Below, in pieces: positions 8,575 to 18,400 of a stretch of DNA of 27,961 nt. Under the pieces are notes generated by a model, which searched no databases, had not been told where the DNA came from, and worked only from the letters and a program-made list of their open reading frames with translations. The position numbers and the translations under genes were made by a program. The DNA is from a virus (Duplodnaviria > Caudoviricetes), in the IMG/VR virus record IMGVR_UViG_3300017913_002108, positions 1-27,961 of that record. One strand, given 5' to 3'. Within the stretch, counting starts at the first letter, position 1; each line of letters starts with the position of its first letter.

Positions 8575-9264
8575 ATGGCTTACAACTACTTAGGTCTAGT
8601 AAACGACATAAACAGACGTTTAAACGAGGTGGAGCTTACTTCTAGCGACTTCTCTGGTGCAGTAGGTTTTTACAGCTTTGCTAAAGATGCTGTAAATTCT
8701 GCTATTAGACACATTCATCAAGAAGAATTTCAATGGCCTTGGAATCATATAGAGCAAACAGAAATCTTGTCTGTAGGTGAGTCTCGTTATAGCTATCCTT
8801 ATGATGCTAAAACTGTTGCTATGGAAACTTTCCGTATCAAGCGTGATGCCGACTTATCAGTCGATACACGTAAATTAAAAGTACTTGATTATGAAGAATA
8901 CCTTGACAAATACGTAGATTATGAATATAACTCTAGTAATAGCGTTAATAGTGTACCTATGTATGTTTCTAGGGCGCCAAACCAAGAGCTAGTGCTATCT
9001 CCACCCCCAGACAAAGAGTATGAACTAGTTTACGAATATTACACTGTAGGCTTTGACTTACAGAAGCATGATGATGTACCTGCTATACCAGAACAATTTA
9101 GACATGTTATTATAGATGGTAGCATGTACTACACGTACCAGTTCAGGGGCGATATGCAGTCTGCACAGGCAGCATTAAATCGTTTCCAGCAAGGCATCAA
9201 GAACATGCGTACTTTATACATCAATAGAGTAGAATCATTACGCGATACCCGTATTTTAAAGTAA
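8575..9264 (+). CDS. Tail adaptor / head-tail connector (T7 gp11 / P22 gp4 analogue)
   Basis: 229 aa with YLGLVNDINRRLNE N-terminus, WPW motif, PPPDKEYELVYEYY and DDVPAIPEQFRHVI. Lies immediately before the nozzle-sized gene. Confidence 0.75.
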   Translation: MAYNYLGLVNDINRRLNEVELTSSDFSGAVGFYSFAKDAVNSAIRHIHQEEFQWPWNHIEQTEILSVGESRYSYPYDAKTVAMETFRIKRDADLSVDTRKLKVLDYEEYLDKYVDYEYNSSNSVNSVPMYVSRAPNQELVLSPPPDKEYELVYEYYTVGFDLQKHDDVPAIPEQFRHVIIDGSMYYTYQFRGDMQSAQAALNRFQQGIKNMRTLYINRVESLRDTRILK

Positions 9265-9278
9265 GGTAGTTACCCATT

Positions 9279-10838
9279 ATGGCAACTAATTGGCAAACAT
9301 TTCCTATACAATTTAGGGGTGGTCTAATAAACAATATGGGAGAGCTACAGCAGGGTACTGAGGCTGTAGGTTCTGCTACCATACTTCAAAACTATGAGCC
9401 TTCTAAAGAAGGTGGCTACAAGAAGGTATTAGGCTTTACTAAATTTGATACAGCACTAGTTCCTGGTCCAGCATCAGGTTCTATTGTTTGTGTTAAGGCT
9501 GTTACAGAAAACGGTGTCATTGCTGCACGAGGTAACTCAAGTACACCCTCTGTTATAGAGTACTACTACAGCACAGGATCAGGGTGGACATCTTTAGGTG
9601 CTGGCACAGAGTTAGGCGATAAAGTACGTCACACTACATTTAACTTTTCTAACGATGAGTTTACGGTGTTTGTAGATGGTGCCAACTACCCTGCAGTGTA
9701 CACAAAGTCTACAGGTTCTCTGGCATTCTTAACAAGTTCTGACTCCTCTGATATCGAAGCTGCAGAACATGTTGCTAATTTCAAGAATACGCTGTTCTTT
9801 GCAGTAGGAAATGACCTTATCTTTACAGCACCCTATTCTTATGATAACTATAATGTTGCTGACGGTGCAGGTACAATCAACGTAGGTGAAGCTATCACAG
9901 GTCTAGTAGTCTTTCGTGAGCAGCTTATTATCTTTTGTGAAAACAGCATTAAAAAACTTGTAGGTTCTACTACATCAGATTATCAACTGCAGCCTATTAC
10001 AACAGACATTGGTTGCTTGGACGGTAACACTATCCAAGAGATTGGCGGTGATATCATCTATCTGGCACCTGATGGTATTCGCCTACTAAGCGCTACAGAT
10101 CGTATTGGCGACTTTGGACTAGACATTGCTTCTTCACCTATCTCTAAAAGTGTCTATGATTTTGTTAACCGTCAAGGTATTTCTTTTTGTTCTGCTGTTA
10201 TTAGACAGAAAGCACAATATCGCATCTTTGCGTATAGACAGGCAGAAAGTCAAAACGTTTCTAGAGGCTTTCTAGCTACAAAGTTTTCATCTCAGGGTGC
10301 AGGGTCTATCCAATGGGCAGAGCTTGTAGGGTTTAAAGTAAACGTTATTGATAGTGCCAACAAAGGCTTTGACGAGTATGTCTTCTTTGGGAATGATACA
10401 GGTTATATATACCGCTTAGAAGATGGTTATAATAGAGATGGTGAAGTTATACGTTCTGTATTTGAAACACCTTATATGCCTATTACAGACCCTCAAATAC
10501 GTAAATCGTTCTATAAGATATCTTTGTATGTTGACCCTACAGGCGACTTTACTGCTAACCTAGATGTTCGCTATGACTATATCAAATACAATAAACGCAA
10601 CATTCAACAACCGCCTTCTATTGAGATTACTACAGGCGATAACAATATTTATTTTTATGGTGACCCTAATTCTCAATTCAACACAGCATCGTATGGTGGT
10701 ATCAACGAGTCTGTAATTAAAGAGCCGTTGATAGGTTCAGGAAGAACTATTTCATTCCGCTTAACAGACAGTACACTAAACGCTACTCACAAATTGGACT
10801 CTGCTATACTTGAATATATGCAGCACGATAGACAGTAA
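9279..10838 (+). CDS. Tail nozzle / tail tubular protein B (T7 gp12 / P22 gp10 analogue)
   Basis: 519 aa, beta-propeller-like, with FRGGL N-terminal motif, GEAITGLVVFREQLIIF and IGC...TIQEIGGDIIYLAPDGIR. AAGGT SD. Follows the adaptor. Confidence 0.75.
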   Translation: MATNWQTFPIQFRGGLINNMGELQQGTEAVGSATILQNYEPSKEGGYKKVLGFTKFDTALVPGPASGSIVCVKAVTENGVIAARGNSSTPSVIEYYYSTGSGWTSLGAGTELGDKVRHTTFNFSNDEFTVFVDGANYPAVYTKSTGSLAFLTSSDSSDIEAAEHVANFKNTLFFAVGNDLIFTAPYSYDNYNVADGAGTINVGEAITGLVVFREQLIIFCENSIKKLVGSTTSDYQLQPITTDIGCLDGNTIQEIGGDIIYLAPDGIRLLSATDRIGDFGLDIASSPISKSVYDFVNRQGISFCSAVIRQKAQYRIFAYRQAESQNVSRGFLATKFSSQGAGSIQWAELVGFKVNVIDSANKGFDEYVFFGNDTGYIYRLEDGYNRDGEVIRSVFETPYMPITDPQIRKSFYKISLYVDPTGDFTANLDVRYDYIKYNKRNIQQPPSIEITTGDNNIYFYGDPNSQFNTASYGGINESVIKEPLIGSGRTISFRLTDSTLNATHKLDSAILEYMQHDRQ

Positions 10839-10849
10839 GGATACTTAAT

Positions 10850-12937
10850 ATGGCAGGTTACAGTAGACAAGACGTAACAAACCAGATAGCTAACGGTAAC
10901 GTTATTGACGCAGATGATCTTGATGCAGAGTTTGACGCTCTTGAGACTGCGTTTAATAACTCTACAGGCCATAGTCACGATGGTACTGCAGGCGGCGGTG
11001 TAGCTATTACAAAGGTAGGACCAGTACAAGACCTTGTTGTATCTGCAACTGCACTGACACCTAAAACAACTAACACACTAGACTTAGGTACAAATACTGT
11101 ACAGTTTAAAAACGCTTGGTTTGATGGCACTGTTGATACAGATAGCCTAAAAGTGGGTACTGGCGTAACTGTCACTACTATTTTAGATGAAGACACTATG
11201 ACTTCTGATAGCGCTACTGCACTGGTAACGCAGCAGTCTATCAAGGCATACGTAGATGGTGTAGTCACTGCACAAGACCTTGACTTTCAAGCTGACACAG
11301 GCGGTTCTTTAGGTATTGATCTAGACAGTGAAATATTGACTGTTGCAGGCGGCACAGGCATTGATACAGCAGGTTCTGGAAACACAATCACTGTAAATAT
11401 TGACTCTACTGTTGCAACCCTTACAGGCACACAAACTCTTACCAGTAAGACACTTACTGCCCCTGCTATCTCAGGAGGCACTATTAATAATGCTGTTATA
11501 GGTAACACAACGGCTAATCTCATTACAGGTACTACTATTACAGCTAATACAGGTTTTAGTGGTTCTCTAACAGGAAATGTAACAGGTGATGTAACGGGCG
11601 ATCTTACAGGTGACGTTACAGGAGATGTGACAGGCGACTTAACAGGTGACGTCACTGGTAATTTAACAGGGAATGTTACAGGTAATGTTTATGCTAGTGA
11701 TGGTACAACCTTAATTGTTGATACAAGTGACGGTCTTACTATTGCTAACTTTACAGGTAATGCAAGTACAGCCACAACCCTAGAAACCGCACGTACTATT
11801 GCAGGTAATAGTTTTGATGGCTCAGCCAATATTACTATTGCAGCTACTGATCTTTCTGATACAGATCAAAGCTTATCCACTACAGACGATGTAACCTTTA
11901 ATAGTGTAACTGCCTCATTGACAGGTAATGCAAGTACAGCAACAACATTAGAGACAGCGCGTAACATTGCTGGTAACAGCTTTGACGGTTCTGCTGACAT
12001 CACTATTGCAGCAACAGACCTGTCCGACACAGACCAATCATTAGCCACTACAGATGATGTAACCTTTAACGATGTCACTGTTTCAGGTAATCTTGTTGTA
12101 TCTGGCACGACTACAACTATTAATGCAGAGACTGTAAACATTGCAGACAATCAGATTGTGCTTAACTCAAACTTTAGTGGATCAACACCAACAGAAAATG
12201 GTGGTATTGAGATTGAGCGTGGTGATGCGGCTAATAAAACATTTTTGTGGGATGAATCAGCTGATAAATGGACTGTTGGCTCTGAAACATTAGTAGCAGG
12301 TACTTTTGAGGGTAGTCTGACAGGCAACGTGACAGGTGACCTTACAGGTGCTGTTACGGGCAATGCAAGTACTGCTACAAGCCTAGAAACAGCACGTACT
12401 ATTGCAGGTGTTAGTTTTGACGGTACTGCAAACATTACTATTGCTGCAACCGACTTATCTGACACTAACCAGAGTCTAGCTACTACAGACGATGTAACGT
12501 TTAATACTGTTACAGCAGACTTAACAGGTGATGTGACGGGTGATGTTACTGGTAACGTAACAGGAAACGTAACAGGTGATGTGACGGGTGATGTTACTGG
12601 CGATATTACAGGTAACGTAACCGCAACAACTCTTGTAGTAAATGGTAAGATTGACGAGACAGTTTACAACCTTACAGGTACAGCTATTTCCGCATCTAAT
12701 GGTACTATTCAATACAAAGACCTTACAGCTAATACTACACTAACAGAGAGCCTAAACGAAGGCGAAGCAGTTACTCTGATGATTAATGACGGTACTGGGT
12801 TCACAGTTACATGGCCTACTATTTCTTGGGTGAATAACTTTGGCCTAGCACCTTCACTAGCACTAACTGGTTATACTGTAGTTTCTTTATGGAAGGTCGG
12901 CTCTACTGTGTATGGTGCAGTAGTAGGGAGCAACTAA
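10850..12937 (+). CDS. Second tail fibre (695 aa)
   Basis: Tail-anchor-type N-terminus MAGYSRQ...GHSHDG, (G[ND][VL]T)n tracts, three GNASTATxLETARTIAG.SFDGxANITI repeats, and a C-terminal domain ending WP...SW...APSL...VVSLWKVGSTVYG. AAGGA SD. Confidence 0.85.
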   Translation: MAGYSRQDVTNQIANGNVIDADDLDAEFDALETAFNNSTGHSHDGTAGGGVAITKVGPVQDLVVSATALTPKTTNTLDLGTNTVQFKNAWFDGTVDTDSLKVGTGVTVTTILDEDTMTSDSATALVTQQSIKAYVDGVVTAQDLDFQADTGGSLGIDLDSEILTVAGGTGIDTAGSGNTITVNIDSTVATLTGTQTLTSKTLTAPAISGGTINNAVIGNTTANLITGTTITANTGFSGSLTGNVTGDVTGDLTGDVTGDVTGDLTGDVTGNLTGNVTGNVYASDGTTLIVDTSDGLTIANFTGNASTATTLETARTIAGNSFDGSANITIAATDLSDTDQSLSTTDDVTFNSVTASLTGNASTATTLETARNIAGNSFDGSADITIAATDLSDTDQSLATTDDVTFNDVTVSGNLVVSGTTTTINAETVNIADNQIVLNSNFSGSTPTENGGIEIERGDAANKTFLWDESADKWTVGSETLVAGTFEGSLTGNVTGDLTGAVTGNASTATSLETARTIAGVSFDGTANITIAATDLSDTNQSLATTDDVTFNTVTADLTGDVTGDVTGNVTGNVTGDVTGDVTGDITGNVTATTLVVNGKIDETVYNLTGTAISASNGTIQYKDLTANTTLTESLNEGEAVTLMINDGTGFTVTWPTISWVNNFGLAPSLALTGYTVVSLWKVGSTVYGAVVGSN
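11561..11689 (+). repeat. Degenerate 12-bp tandem repeat encoding about 11 G[NDS][VL]T units
   Basis: GSLTGNVTGDVTGDLTGDVTGDVTGDLTGDVTGNLTGNVTGNV read directly from the translation. Confidence 0.9.
11753..12505 (+). repeat. Three ~50-aa repeats in fibre 2 (starting 11753, 11921, 12356)
   Basis: Unit TGNASTATTLETARTIAGNSFDGSANITIAATDLSDTDQSLSTTDDVTFN. Copies 1 and 2 are tandem at 168 bp; copy 3 follows an inserted domain. Confidence 0.9.
12518..12622 (+). repeat. Second 12-bp tandem tract, containing an exact 31-bp duplication
   Basis: taacaggtgatgtgacgggtgatgttactgg occurs at 12522-12552 and 12570-12600, 48 bp apart. Confidence 0.9.
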
Positions 12938-12939
12938 TA

Positions 12940-14724
12940 ATGCTATTTCATAGTTCTCAAGGCGCAGGCGGTCAAACATCAGTAGATGATATAAAGTTAG
13001 ACGATTTCTCCCCTGCTTTTACTGTTCCGTATCTTACTTTTCCAGGTGAGTTTGGAGATATAGGTACGGGGTTCAAAGTAAACGATGCAGGGACAAAGCT
13101 ATATGTATCACTAGGTACTAAAATATGGCAATTTAGTATGTCTTCTGCAAATGATTTCTCTGATCTTTCAGTAGATAAAATACTAGATTTATCGGGTACT
13201 AGCAGCGTAGGTTCTGGTAGCAATATCAGAGACTTTAACTTTAAGTCTGATGGAACACAGCTTTATGTACTGACAACTACCAATGATTATGTTACTCAAT
13301 TTAGCCTTAGCACAGCTTATGATCTAAACAGTACTGTTACGTATCAAGGCTACGCCTCTATTAGTACTTTTACTAATAGCTCACCTCGCTCTTTTACGTT
13401 CAATGGTGACGGTACACGTGCCTACTTTACTCAATACAACTATAATGTTCATTATTTAAGAAGTGCTGCTCTTACTACTGCATGGGATATAACTACTATT
13501 ACAAGCGCAGGCTACCATACTTTATACCTAGATAGTGGCATAACATCAGGCACTGGTTATTTAGGTACTATACAGTGGGATTCTACAGGAGATAACTTCT
13601 TTTTAACATATCATAACCCTAGTAGCTCATTTGTGCAATACGTCTTGCAAGTACCTTGTGATACCGCATATGATATAACTAGTAGAAACTCTGGTAATAA
13701 AACAGAACATGTTGTAAGCCAGTGGTTTGATACCTCGGAAAATTGGTATCTGCTAAGGACTCAAGGACTATACTTTAATTCTACAGGTACCAAGGCTTGG
13801 CTTCTTTGTACCCCCAACTATAGGCATAGATATGGCAGCCGCCTACAACGCTTTGACTTATCTACAGCTTTTGATTTAGGAAGCTCTTCAAGGTCTGTAC
13901 CCTCTGATTCTGGTGTTTTAAACCTAGCTACTGGAGTAACCAGTAACACAAATTTTTACCCTACAGATATAACGTTTGCTAAGGACGACAGTGCGGGTCG
14001 TACCAATGATGGTATAGCGCTATATGCTTCAGAGTATTATAGCACAGATGTATTTCAATATGACTTATCTACAAGCTGGGATGTATCTACAGGTACCAAA
14101 AACGCAGGTTTCTTTGATAACTTCTGGTCAGGTGCGCTGACATGGAGTGTGAGTGTAGAAAATAGAGGTAATAGATTTATCATCAATAATATGGATACTG
14201 ACCGTAACGATATTATGACTTTCTCTTTCGGCACAGCTTATGAAGTAGATACTGTTGATGGTAATACTCAGATAAACTATACTACAACAGCCGAATGGCA
14301 ATGGCCTTATGACCCTGATAAAATCTTTTTTGATGAAGAGGGTTACAGAGCCTTTATCTTAGACAGAGACAACCATAAGATTTACCAGTATGATTTAGAC
14401 TCTAAGTTCAATATCTATGCTGAGATGGATAACATGACAGAAGTAGCCACTTATACTTTTGGGAATACCGACTATAAGTACGACTTCTGTGTACGCGACA
14501 ATGGTAGGTCTTTCTATGTATTGACACGTGACAGTTCAGACTTTCTGTTTCGTAGGATTGATAAGTATGTCCTGCCTACAAGATGGGATATATCTAGCGC
14601 TCAGTTTGATTCCAGTAAGATGATATACAATGGTAATTTAAACTCTATAGCTTTAGGTGACCTAGATTCCAGCTTTTACGTTTGTGATGTAGCAAGTAAT
14701 AACGTATATCAGTTTGATAGTTAA
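12940..14724 (+). CDS. Beta-propeller repeat protein, putative receptor-binding adhesin for fibre 2 (594 aa)
   Basis: Start reassigned to ATG 12940 (GGGAG SD, 2 nt after the fibre stop). About ten blades of the form F.xDGTxLYV...xQ[FY]xLSTA[WYF]D. Confidence 0.75.
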   Translation: MLFHSSQGAGGQTSVDDIKLDDFSPAFTVPYLTFPGEFGDIGTGFKVNDAGTKLYVSLGTKIWQFSMSSANDFSDLSVDKILDLSGTSSVGSGSNIRDFNFKSDGTQLYVLTTTNDYVTQFSLSTAYDLNSTVTYQGYASISTFTNSSPRSFTFNGDGTRAYFTQYNYNVHYLRSAALTTAWDITTITSAGYHTLYLDSGITSGTGYLGTIQWDSTGDNFFLTYHNPSSSFVQYVLQVPCDTAYDITSRNSGNKTEHVVSQWFDTSENWYLLRTQGLYFNSTGTKAWLLCTPNYRHRYGSRLQRFDLSTAFDLGSSSRSVPSDSGVLNLATGVTSNTNFYPTDITFAKDDSAGRTNDGIALYASEYYSTDVFQYDLSTSWDVSTGTKNAGFFDNFWSGALTWSVSVENRGNRFIINNMDTDRNDIMTFSFGTAYEVDTVDGNTQINYTTTAEWQWPYDPDKIFFDEEGYRAFILDRDNHKIYQYDLDSKFNIYAEMDNMTEVATYTFGNTDYKYDFCVRDNGRSFYVLTRDSSDFLFRRIDKYVLPTRWDISSAQFDSSKMIYNGNLNSIALGDLDSSFYVCDVASNNVYQFDS

Positions 14725-14735
14725 GAGGCATAAAT

Positions 14736-15173
14736 ATGTACGCTAAAATAGTAAATAATTCAGTAGTAAAATTTCCTTATACTACATATGATCTAAAGCA
14801 AGACAACCCTGGAGTATCTTTTCCTGCTGAGTTAAGCGATGCGCTACTAGCAGGATATAATATGTACCCTGTTACTGAAGGTGCTATTCCTGAAAGAGAC
14901 ACGCTAACACAGCAACTACAAAGCGTAGTACAGCAGGTGAATGGTGTGTGGACACGTGTATGGTCTATTGCTAACTATGATGAATCTACAGCAGAGATGC
15001 ACATCTTAAATAAACGCAACAAACTATTGACTGACACAGACTGGACACAGCTTTCAGACACATCGCTTGATGATAGTACTAAGGCTGCTTGGGCTACTTA
15101 TCGTCAGGCATTACGTGACATTACAGATCAAGATGGTTACCCTCTTTCTGTAACTTGGCCTACACAGCCATAA
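14736..15173 (+). CDS. Phage tail (fibre) assembly chaperone
   Basis: C-terminal RNKLLTDTDWTQLSD...AWATYRQALRDITDQDGYP...WP signature. GAGG SD. Confidence 0.88.
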   Translation: MYAKIVNNSVVKFPYTTYDLKQDNPGVSFPAELSDALLAGYNMYPVTEGAIPERDTLTQQLQSVVQQVNGVWTRVWSIANYDESTAEMHILNKRNKLLTDTDWTQLSDTSLDDSTKAAWATYRQALRDITDQDGYPLSVTWPTQP

Positions 15174-15187
15174 AATAGGGTAGCGGT

Positions 15188-15445
15188 ATGTCTGATATTA
15201 ACTTGACACATGAAGAATTAGAAGCTATGCTTGACAGGGCAGCAAAGCGTGGCGCTAAAGAGATAATAAATCAGCTAGGGTTACACGATGACACAGCTGC
15301 TGAAGACATACGTGAGATGCGCAATCTATTAGATACTTGGAAAGATACTCGTAAAAGTATTTGGAATACATTCGTTAAAATTACTACTGTAGCTATCCTT
15401 GGCTTTATCGCAACTGCAGTATATATGCAAATAGGGAAACAATAA
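15188..15445 (+). CDS. DUF6127-like small protein with C-terminal transmembrane helix
   Basis: EELEAMLDRAAKRGAKE...LGLHDDTAAEDIREMRNLLDTW motif, followed by a hydrophobic C-terminus ITTVAILGFIATAVYM. Confidence 0.7.
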   Translation: MSDINLTHEELEAMLDRAAKRGAKEIINQLGLHDDTAAEDIREMRNLLDTWKDTRKSIWNTFVKITTVAILGFIATAVYMQIGKQ

Positions 15446-15447
15446 TT

Positions 15448-18400
15448 ATGGCTAAACGTTTTGCAGGGTTTACCCCAGAGCAGTTAGGTAAAATTGTACC
15501 AGAGATGGCTGGAATGCAAAGTGATGAACAGCAGAAATATCTAGCTGCTACACCTTCCGCTGCTGCTCGTGTAGGTATGATGACAGAAAAAGCACAACAA
15601 CGTGTTGCTATGGCTCAGGGTGGCTACGCTAAAAAGCAAGGCTATGCAGAAGGTGGGCTTCCTTTAAATGATGATGTTTATGGCGGTCCTTATCAACCCC
15701 CCACTGATTTAGACCAAGCACAACTTGATTATGCTAATAAGCTTAAAGCAGTAGATGCTGCTAAAGCTGCACAAGCTGCAAACCCGTCAGACCCTGCACT
15801 GGTAACAGCCGTACAGAATGCAGAGCAAGCTCTTGGCCCAGCGCAAGAAAAGCTCTTAAGCGCACAAGAGCAATTCAAACTTGTAAACATGCCTACTACA
15901 GCAGAGGCTATTAGTAGTCGTTTAACAGACCCTATGTCAGCTGTACAACAGCAGCAAACGCAAAAGATTGGCGTAAATGCTAATCAGCTTATGGATACTG
16001 CTACTGGACAGGTAGGTACAGCCCCTGCAGCAACCACAACACAAGCTGCAGCCCCTGTAGGCGTAGATACACCTATTGCAGGTGCACCCCCACAAGTACA
16101 AGCAACAATGGCTCAGCCTAGCGTAGAAGCAGCGCTAGAAGATGCAGCACCTGCTGTAGGTGATGTATCCAGAGAAGTAACACCTCAAGAAGGTGTGGTA
16201 TCAGAGGGTGCCTTAGCTGGTGAACAACAAGTAGCTGAAGATCGCATTGAGCGTGTTGTAGCAGGTCAACGTCAAGTAGCCCCAGAGGAACTTACTGCAG
16301 GTCAGACTCTTGAAGGCGAGATGCCTGCTGCAGAAGCGGCTTCTTATCAAGGTGAAGTCCCTGCTGCAGAAGCTGCTAAGTTTAGTGGTCAAACACCACA
16401 AGCTCAACCGCAAGACTACTACAACCTTAGCCCTACACAGATTGCATCTATGTCTGCTACAAATGTACAGGATGCAGCTAAGTTAGTAGAGTACCCTGAC
16501 ACACAAGCTGCAACTACTATGTATCAGTCTATGGTAGAGGGCGCACAAGGCTCAGTAGGTGCTGAAGAGCTTGTTAACGCTAAGTCTATTACAGAGACAG
16601 TAAAGGCTGTAACAGCTATTGCTGCTACTATGGATACTCTTAATGAGGATGCTAAAGCTAAGGCGGCTCAAGGTGCATTTAACCAGACAATGCTTGCACA
16701 AGCGGCTCAAGGTTCTGTTCCTGCACAGGCTACTGTACAAGGTCAGATGGAATCCTTGATGAACCAGTTTAATGATGGTACGCCTACGTGGGCTGCTGGT
16801 GCTCTACGTGCGGCTAATTCGGCTATGGCTGCACGTGGCTTAGGTGGTAGCTCTATGGCTGCTGCAGCTATCGTACAGGCTACGATGGAGTCGGCACTAC
16901 CTATCGCACAACAAGATGCAGCTACATTCCAGCAAATGAACATGGCTAACCTAGACAATCGTCAACAGGTATCTCTAGCTAATGCTGCTGCACAACAAGG
17001 CATGGCAATGCAAAACCTTAGCAACCGCCAAGCTGTAGCTCTACAAAACTCAACTAATGCCTTTGCTCTACAACAACAGAGCTTGTCAAACCAACAAGCG
17101 GTTGTACTTGCTAATGCTCAGTTTAAAGCTGGTCTACAAGAGCAGGTACTTGGTATTGATACACAGGTTGCTTTGACGAATGCAGCTAAGTACGCTGAGA
17201 AGAATAACATTAACTTGAACAATTCTCAGCAAGCTGTCTTACAACGCTCTTCAGAGAACCTCTCTGTAGAAATGGCTAATCTATCTAACGCACAGCAGAC
17301 AGCGCTATCAGCACTACAGGTCAAGGCAGCACTTGTAGGTCAAGAGCTTTCTAATGAACAGCAAATGGCTGTACTACAGAGTACACAGGACTTCGAGGCT
17401 GCACAGTTTGATGCATCTGCTAAGCAACAGGCGTTCATCCAAGATGCTGTAGCACAAGCTGCCCTAGAAGGCCGTGCGCTTGATGCCCGTCAACAAACAC
17501 AGCTATTCAATATTTCATCTATCCTAGAAGAGCGTCAGATTGAGCTAACTAATGAACAACAAGCACGTATCTTTAATACAACTAATAAAGTAACAGTAGA
17601 TATAGAGGAGCTATCCAATCGTCAACAGACTGCCTTGGCTAACGTACAGATTGAAGCAACACTACGTGGTCAAGAACTTAGCAACAAACAACAGTCAGCT
17701 GTGTTGAATGCTGAAAAGTTTGCAGAGGCTAATAATCTTACATTTAACACTGATGCACAATTCCAGATTGCTAACTCTCAGATGATGCAGACTATTGGTT
17801 TGGCTGAGATGGATGCAAACTCTGCTGTAGCCCTACAGAATGCAGCCACTATTGCTTCTATGGATACGACGAACTTAAACAATCGTCAAATGGCACAAGT
17901 AGAGAATGCTAAAAACTTCTTGCAGATGGATATGTCTAATTTGACAAATGATCAGCAGACTAACATGTTCAAGATGCAGTCTGTCGTTAACACTATTCTA
18001 AGTGACCAAGCTGCAGAAAACGCAGCTAAACAATTTAATGCATCTAGTCAAATGCAGGTTGATCAGTTCTTCTCTAACTTAAGCTCAACAATTAACATGT
18101 TTAACAGTGAGCAAACCAATAAAACAGAGATGTTCAATGCTGGCGAGGCTAATGTATTAGAGAAATTTAATACAGAAATTATTAATATGCGTGACCAGTT
18201 CAACGCAACTAACTCTCTTGTGGTTGAGCAGGCTAACACGCAGTGGTATCAAAGCGTAGCAACAACGGATACAGCTGCAATCAATGAAGCTAACCGTGCA
18301 GATGCAGCAGCTGCTAACGAGCTATCTAATTTAGCTTTCAATGCTTTGATGCAAGAAACACGTGACTTAATGAGTTTCGCATGGCAGACAGCAAACAATG

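Noticed and set aside
12889-12939. N-terminal 17-aa extension of the propeller protein
   Set aside because: It overlaps the fibre-2 C-terminus. ATG 12940 has a good SD and abuts the upstream stop.
10787-13223. Series of minus-strand ORFs (80, 97, 122, 94, 104, 63, 83 aa)
   Set aside because: Antisense shadows of repeat-rich plus-strand genes. Their sequences (for example TSPVTSPV) simply mirror the GDVT repeats.
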